Virus record (IMG/VR): IMGVR_UViG_3300030085_005071
Coordinates: 56,705-76,704 of that record
Length of the DNA: 20,000 bases
Reading direction: 5' to 3' (one strand)
Origin: an uncultured virus (IMG/VR IMGVR_UViG_3300030085_005071)
Taxonomy: Duplodnaviria > Heunggongvirae > Uroviricota > Caudoviricetes
Position numbers and translations under genes: made by a program. Positions 15,013 to 20,000 of this stretch are shown piece by piece. The notes below the pieces were generated by a model. The model did not search any database. It saw nothing but the letters and a program-made list of their open reading frames with translations, and had not been told where the DNA came from. Each line of letters begins with the position of its first letter. Positions within the stretch are counted from its first letter, which is position 1.

Positions 15013-15373
15013 AAAAAAGAAAAAGAAAAAGCTATGGAGTAAACAATCGTTATACGAAAGAAAAGACGGTAGCAAAATTCTCATGGACAGCACGTGGGAA
15101 GTTGCCATGGCAGAGAGACTAGATCATCTTAAAATAGCGTGGGATCGTAGAGAAGATATGAAGCTTAAGTACTTCTCAAAGACAGGTCGAAAAAGAAACT
15201 ACATCCCTGATTTTTATCTGCCTGACCATGATATATATATTGAGGTGAAAGGTTACTGGACCGATGCCGCACGTTACAAGATGAAAAACGTAATGGAAGT
15301 CAATGAGGTAAAAATAGTAATTCTTGAATCCCTTGAGGCGATTAAAAAATTTAGTAGGAGAAAGTTAAAGTGA
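15005..15373 (+). CDS. PD-(D/E)xK endonuclease (T7 endonuclease I / TnsA-N-like)
   Basis: DSTWE..MA..LD...I.W, RNYIPDFYL, IYIEVKGYW. Start placed at ATG 15005 (AAGGTGG upstream). Confidence 0.8.
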   Translation: MPRKKKKKKLWSKQSLYERKDGSKILMDSTWEVAMAERLDHLKIAWDRREDMKLKYFSKTGRKRNYIPDFYLPDHDIYIEVKGYWTDAARYKMKNVMEVNEVKIVILESLEAIKKFSRRKLK

Positions 15374-15738
15374 AAATTACAAAAAGAAAATTAAGAAATA
15401 TCTTGCTAAAGGAAGGGCTAATTAACGAAGGCGATATGATTAGCATGGTAGCTTTATTAGCACAAGCTGCCATAGCAGTTTTAGCCGTAGGTACACCAGC
15501 TGCAATACTTTACGCACACAACATGCTTGATGAGCGCATGAAGAAAGCTTTTACTAGAAGAGATCTTGAAAAGATCAGGCAGTCACCTAATCCTGATGAG
15601 GTCGCGAAAGAAATACTCCAGCAAAAGGGTTTAATGATGGGTGACTACGGAATTCCCACAATGGACTTAGAAGATCCGGATGCTGCAAGAAGAAGAAAAA
15701 ATTATTTTAAAACAGCACATCCTTTTGATAAGAAATAA
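15370..15738 (+). CDS. Hypothetical protein with MKITKRKL leader and one hydrophobic helix
   Basis: GTGA overlap; MKITKRKLRNILLKE..INE; MVALLAQAAIAVLAVGTPAAILYA. Confidence 0.8.
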   Translation: MKITKRKLRNILLKEGLINEGDMISMVALLAQAAIAVLAVGTPAAILYAHNMLDERMKKAFTRRDLEKIRQSPNPDEVAKEILQQKGLMMGDYGIPTMDLEDPDAARRRKNYFKTAHPFDKK

Positions 15739-15757
15739 TAAGATATATCGGTGCTAA

Positions 15758-16867
15758 ATGAAAATAAGTAAACAACAACTACGAATGATTATTAATGAAG
15801 TGTTAGGCAGTGACTTAACTTCTGACATTTCTCAAAATGCCCTAAGTCTTTTACAAACTTTACTCAGACCTGCTATTAAATCAAAGATAATTAATAACGT
15901 CGAAGATTTTTTATCTCGGGCAACATTACTAATAGCAGATGATCCATATACCGGTCTTGACATGGTATTGAAAATTGATGATGTGGCAGCTGCTTATGTT
16001 GAATATAAACGATTAGGGCGGGAGGAAGCAAGGTACGGTGTCCATTGCAGACCAGATCCTTACGCACAACAACCTACTTACATGTTAACTAGAATAGCTA
16101 GTTCATCATCTTTTAGAGGTGGTGGCTTTGGTCAAATTTTAGGATTTTTGTCTGTGTGCTTTGTTAATAAAGAAGGGCGGACAGTTACATCTGACCGAAA
16201 CACCAGCGATCTAGCTGGAAAAGCTTTAGTAGACGCTCTAGATTCAATTGGTGCACAAAAGTCAGAAAGTTTTGACTATGTGGGGTGGCTACTCGGTTCA
16301 ATGCACAGAGCACTTTACAAAAACAGAGAACTTAACACAGACACTTTATCATATCATTACGATGATGTCATAAACACATCAAAATCTGGTGCGAAAGGTG
16401 TAAGACAAAGTAGAAAATTAGAATCAGAGTACAACAAAGAAATAGAATTTTTAATTAAAAAGTTTTTTGCAAAACACAAACCACTAACACAAAAACTTTC
16501 TGACGACTGTGTTCCTTCTCTTAACCTTACTTTTGGAAGTAAAAACCATCCTGTCGCAGATATTTACAATCGCTCATCTTTTAAACAGTTTCTAGAAAAA
16601 TATATCGATCTACCAACAGAACAGTTGCAAAATGATTTAAACGCTGACGAAAGAGTTCAAGGATATACTTTTATTTTAAATAGTGAAGTAATAAACATTG
16701 GGCTCGAGATTGTCAACGTTATTAACAAATCCGAAAAATATAATGATAAAGTATTCGATAAAGCATTTGATGATGCACAGGATATGTTTGGCGACGAATA
16801 TGAAAAGAGTGTAACTGAACCAGGTGTAGGATATAGAAATATAGGTAATCAGTCTAACGATCCTTAA
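15758..16867 (+). CDS. Protein with MKISKQQL leader and a putative GNAT-like acetyltransferase domain
   Basis: MKISKQQLRMIINE; LTRIASSSSFRGGGFGQIL matches the GNAT motif A R-x-x-G-x-G; followed by VTSDRNTS. Confidence 0.7.
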   Translation: MKISKQQLRMIINEVLGSDLTSDISQNALSLLQTLLRPAIKSKIINNVEDFLSRATLLIADDPYTGLDMVLKIDDVAAAYVEYKRLGREEARYGVHCRPDPYAQQPTYMLTRIASSSSFRGGGFGQILGFLSVCFVNKEGRTVTSDRNTSDLAGKALVDALDSIGAQKSESFDYVGWLLGSMHRALYKNRELNTDTLSYHYDDVINTSKSGAKGVRQSRKLESEYNKEIEFLIKKFFAKHKPLTQKLSDDCVPSLNLTFGSKNHPVADIYNRSSFKQFLEKYIDLPTEQLQNDLNADERVQGYTFILNSEVINIGLEIVNVINKSEKYNDKVFDKAFDDAQDMFGDEYEKSVTEPGVGYRNIGNQSNDP

Positions 16868-16895
16868 AATATTTTAATTTTACTAACGACAGAAG

Positions 16896-16902
16896 ATAAT
16901 TA
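16896..16902 (+). promoter_or_regulatory. ATAATTA motif, putative -10-only/late promoter
   Basis: GATAATTA 18 nt before ATG 16921. Confidence 0.5.
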
Positions 16903-16920
16903 AGGCATGTGGAGAAACAT

Positions 16921-17535
16921 ATGTCTTTTTTATTATCTGAGGGTATGAATTATCATATTGACAATGACATTCCCATTAGGGAGAGTGTCTACAGGCCTGG
17001 GTCAAAATCATTCTTTGCTTTTATTTTAGAAGCAAAAAGAGCTTATCGAGCAGGGTTAATTGAAGCTGATGAGTATGATCATGATTTGTTAACGTCAGAC
17101 ATAGGAGAATACGGAGAGTTTAACGGAGGGTTTGTTCCCCTTGATTACCCTATCCCTGCTGAGTTAGATGAATCTGTTGACAACGTGGACAATATTGATG
17201 AGAAGCGAAAAAGAAAGCGAAAAAAGAAAAAATCTAAATCAAAGTCAGGCTCGTTTTATCAGGGAAAGAAAGTTCAATTGAATAAGCCAAAACGTGGTGG
17301 CTCTAAGAAATTCTATGTATACGTAAAAAATCCAAAGACAGGCAAGGTTAAAAAAATATCTTTTGGGTCAAAAGGTATGTCAGTCGGTCTCAAAGATCCT
17401 GCTCGTAGAAAATCTTTTGTCGCACGCCATAAGTGCAAAGAAAAGAAAGACAAAACAAAAGCTGGGTATTGGGCGTGTAGAATTGGTCGATACCCACACT
17501 TGTTTGGTGGTAAGCAGAAGTATACTTGGTGGTAA
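16921..17535 (+). CDS. Phage-type protein: acidic N-terminal domain plus very basic C-terminal domain
   Basis: GGAG 16911-16914, ATG 16921. C-terminal YQGKKVQLNKP..GSKKFYVYVKNPKTGKVKKISFG...RRKSFVARHKC...KAGYWAC, a pattern I recognise from large dsDNA viruses; family name not assigned. Confidence 0.8.
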   Translation: MSFLLSEGMNYHIDNDIPIRESVYRPGSKSFFAFILEAKRAYRAGLIEADEYDHDLLTSDIGEYGEFNGGFVPLDYPIPAELDESVDNVDNIDEKRKRKRKKKKSKSKSGSFYQGKKVQLNKPKRGGSKKFYVYVKNPKTGKVKKISFGSKGMSVGLKDPARRKSFVARHKCKEKKDKTKAGYWACRIGRYPHLFGGKQKYTWW

Positions 17536-17536
17536 T

Positions 17537-20000
17537 GTGAAATTTAGTAGAAATCATTTAAGTCTTATTCTTGAGTATGTCATTCTCGAGACAAGAGCAG
17601 CAAGGCAGTGGATCAATAAAAACGTGGATCCTCAGGATCTAACAGAAGGAGCTGATCTGCTCATTGCTTACAACTCAGGCATTACAGATATCAACATACT
17701 CTCTTGGATCAAGAAAATTAGAAAGATTGTTCCTAAAAATTATAGGGAACTGCGCATTCCTCTCTCTGCAGGAGAGGTCTCTAGAGAAGGCATACCTTTG
17801 TTCGAGAAGTCGATAGAGATAAACTTTATAGTAAAAGCGATCAATGAATTTAGAAAACCAAAACATCAAGCCATATTAAAATCTAACGGGTACCCCACTA
17901 ATCTATCGACAAGAACTTACTCTGATATACTTGCCCTAGTAAGTGTAAATGCACAAGTTGATAGCGCAATAAAAGCAAAAGAAGCTGCAAAACGTAGAAA
18001 AAAGTCTGGTGATGCAGGCCTAAATTACGATCCAACTAGCGTAGACTTTATAGGGGATTTTGGCCCATGGACAGTGTTAATGCCTAATACAGTTGAAGGT
18101 TCGATCAGTTGTGACATGAGCACTGCAAGGACAACAACTTGGTGTACAACAAAATCAGCAGGGGAAAATCTCTTTAATCAGTACGTTGGCAATATATCTG
18201 AAGATGAAGACACTATTCTTTTTTATGTCATGGATTATAATCGTGTTCCTGATAACCCTAAGTTGCAACGCGAGAAGGCTGCCACGTACAATAATGACAG
18301 TAGAATGTCAATTGGTTTTCGTGGCGGAGAACCTCAACTCACCGGCGCTCATGGAAGCTTGTCAGTCGATGCATCAAATGCCGGTCTTACGGAAAAGGTT
18401 GTTAAGGATAAGCTAGGTATATTTTACCAACCGATCATGTTTGCAATGACAAAAAAAGCTCGGATAGTAGGGACTAATCACCCAGCAAAACAAATTATGA
18501 GAAATGCTGCCCAAAATTTATTAGTGCTTAAGCAGATCATTAAAGATTACAAACCTGTATCTAAAAGGGCATTTTTTACCGATTTGAGAAACTATTACCA
18601 TAATAAGCCTGAGGCTTTTTCACCTCAAGTTGTTGATTACATTACCTTTGGTGTGAGTTATGAAGAACACAGAAGTCTTCTTCCTACCTATATAAATAAA
18701 GCAAGCGTCCAAGAAGTTGCTAAGTATGTTGACATGGTTGAGAAGTCAAATGGTAGTGAGCCGTGGATAAAACACTCAGCGTTTGAAGACAGCACAGAAA
18801 TAGTTGATGCTGACTTTAATGTTGTTAAGAACACCCTTGATTACAGAAAGTGGACATGTCTAAGTGATGTACTGGTTAATCGTGGACACAACCTTCCAAA
18901 AGACTTACTCACCAAAACATATCTTCTAGCAAGAGAATATTTTAAAGAATATATTCCAAAATTTCGCGAATTTCTTCCTCCGGGCCTGTTACCGGAAGAA
19001 GAGCGCAAAGGTTACCACAGCGATCAGTTTATCTTCCAATTACTGATGGATAGTGGAGTTCCTAAGGAAGGTATTCCCGATGAATTGGCGATAAACTTAG
19101 AAAAAATAAATGAGCTCCAATCGTCTGAGGCTTACTTAGACTCTGTAGAGCAGGCAATTAAAGACTTAAATTTAACAGAGCACGAACAAGCACCGCAACA
19201 TATTTCAAAAATTGTGACCACCATAGCAAAGGTTGATAGTCAACAAACAGAACAAAGCTCGAGGCTTGCTGACAGGTTTAATGTAAAAGAAAAATTTAAG
19301 GATTATTTTGCCCTGCAGAAAGAATATGACGTCAGAGGCACAAAATTTATGGACAGAATAATTCCTCCAGAGTTGATTTTTGGAGTTAGAGTTTACAATT
19401 CCATAACAAGTTTTCGGAATCCTGTGCGAGTCCACGATCTCCCCGAAGATATTAAGACTACTGATACCCATATTGCAGATTACGATTCAATTGTAGACTA
19501 TTTATTTGAACTGTTTCCCCAATTGAAAACTCTACCACTAATGGAACCTGATAAACTAGAACCCACCCTAGAAGATGCAGGAGCAATAGGTTTGCTTAAA
19601 GCAACTAATTTTATTGGTAAGCTCATTGCAGGCTCACCTAAACCAGAGACGGTACGAAGAGTTTTTGACATGTCATCCGGTGTCTTCTATCAATATTTAC
19701 TATACACAACCAGAAATTATTCTATTCCAGATGATATCTATTATGATTTTTTCAAGAAAGCTGAAACAAACAATCTGAATCCTGACCGGTGTGATTTATT
19801 TGTAAGAAGTCTAGGAGACACACTCATGTTTAGAATAGAACGCAAATACGCTATGAGAGTAGGTATGACTATGCCTAACTTCGTAAGAAGGCTTGACATT
19901 CCACCCGATGAACCTGAGTATAAGTTAAGAGAAGAAGTCGAAGAGATGATGGCGCAGAAAAACGAAGCTCATAAAGGAACTAAACCAGATAGATACATTG
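17537..20000 (+). CDS. Large hypothetical protein (>821 aa, runs off the window) with a variant leader and a T-x-W-C-T domain
   Basis: GTG 17537 two bases after the upstream TAA. I read the frame codon by codon to base 20000 and found no stop. MKFSRNHLSLILEYVILE...; GPWTVLMPNTVEGS...TTTWCTTKSAGENLFNQY...ILFYVMDY. Missing from the ORF track because it has no stop codon in the window. Confidence 0.88.
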   Translation, partial: MKFSRNHLSLILEYVILETRAARQWINKNVDPQDLTEGADLLIAYNSGITDINILSWIKKIRKIVPKNYRELRIPLSAGEVSREGIPLFEKSIEINFIVKAINEFRKPKHQAILKSNGYPTNLSTRTYSDILALVSVNAQVDSAIKAKEAAKRRKKSGDAGLNYDPTSVDFIGDFGPWTVLMPNTVEGSISCDMSTARTTTWCTTKSAGENLFNQYVGNISEDEDTILFYVMDYNRVPDNPKLQREKAATYNNDSRMSIGFRGGEPQLTGAHGSLSVDASNAGLTEKVVKDKLGIFYQPIMFAMTKKARIVGTNHPAKQIMRNAAQNLLVLKQIIKDYKPVSKRAFFTDLRNYYHNKPEAFSPQVVDYITFGVSYEEHRSLLPTYINKASVQEVAKYVDMVEKSNGSEPWIKHSAFEDSTEIVDADFNVVKNTLDYRKWTCLSDVLVNRGHNLPKDLLTKTYLLAREYFKEYIPKFREFLPPGLLPEEERKGYHSDQFIFQLLMDSGVPKEGIPDELAINLEKINELQSSEAYLDSVEQAIKDLNLTEHEQAPQHISKIVTTIAKVDSQQTEQSSRLADRFNVKEKFKDYFALQKEYDVRGTKFMDRIIPPELIFGVRVYNSITSFRNPVRVHDLPEDIKTTDTHIADYDSIVDYLFELFPQLKTLPLMEPDKLEPTLEDAGAIGLLKATNFIGKLIAGSPKPETVRRVFDMSSGVFYQYLLYTTRNYSIPDDIYYDFFKKAETNNLNPDRCDLFVRSLGDTLMFRIERKYAMRVGMTMPNFVRRLDIPPDEPEYKLREEVEEMMAQKNEAHKGTKPDRYI

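Noticed and set aside
11351..15790. CRISPR array or tandem repeat made of the ~25-bp leader sequences
   Set aside because: The copies are degenerate, hundreds to thousands of bases apart and in-frame at gene starts; no cas genes are present.
15005..17250. Poly-Lys/Arg runs as nuclear localisation signals (eukaryotic virus)
   Set aside because: Shine-Dalgarno sites, overlapping operons, a sigma-70 factor and tmRNA indicate a bacterial host.
21..19471. Short opposite-strand or alternate-frame ORFs in the track (e.g. 21-278, 1363-1590, 2099-2422, 2982-3329, 3887-4162, 5672-5854, 6048-6257, 6955-7155, 7330-7674, 8358-8543, 8646-8858, 8984-9166, 9621-9833, 10964-11263, 12241-12423, 13643-13846, 14114-14368, 17675-17869, 18186-18416, 19205-19471)
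   Set aside because: They lie within or across better-supported genes and show no recognisable motifs; treated as shadow ORFs.
1..20000. Stop-codon reassignment as seen in some huge phages
   Set aside because: Coding density is near complete under the standard code, and TAA, TGA and TAG (3017, 15012) all end genes at sensible junctions.

Overview
AT-rich, gene-dense window, almost entirely on the + strand. It looks like part of a large (jumbo/huge) bacteriophage genome rather than a cellular chromosome. It has bacterial Shine-Dalgarno sites and the standard genetic code. It encodes a divergent GroEL (partial), Hsp20, an RpoD-like sigma factor, a DenV-like glycosylase, virion/tail-type proteins, a vWA lipoprotein plus matrixin protease, a two-component cluster (two histidine kinases, a stand-alone receiver and a coiled-coil membrane protein), a complete tmRNA, and a run of unrelated ORFs that share an N-terminal MKI(T/S)(R/K)xxL...(I/L)xE leader. 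Five observations stand out. (1) The sigma factor stops after region 4.1, and a region-4.2-like HTH sits in the next, separately translated ORF, giving a candidate split sigma. (2) There are two apparent promoter classes: (T/A)TGTAA-17-TAT(A/T)AT, and a -10-only ATA(A/T/G)TTA motif 18-27 nt before start codons, several copies of which lie inside hairpins that occlude the RBS or start codon. (3) The phage appears to carry its own two-component system. (4) At least 7 proteins carry a leader resembling the T4 capsid-targeting sequence on unrelated cargo domains. (5) An ORF of more than 821 aa (17537 to the window end) is missing from the ORF track. All family assignments come from recognising motifs by eye; no database searches were run.
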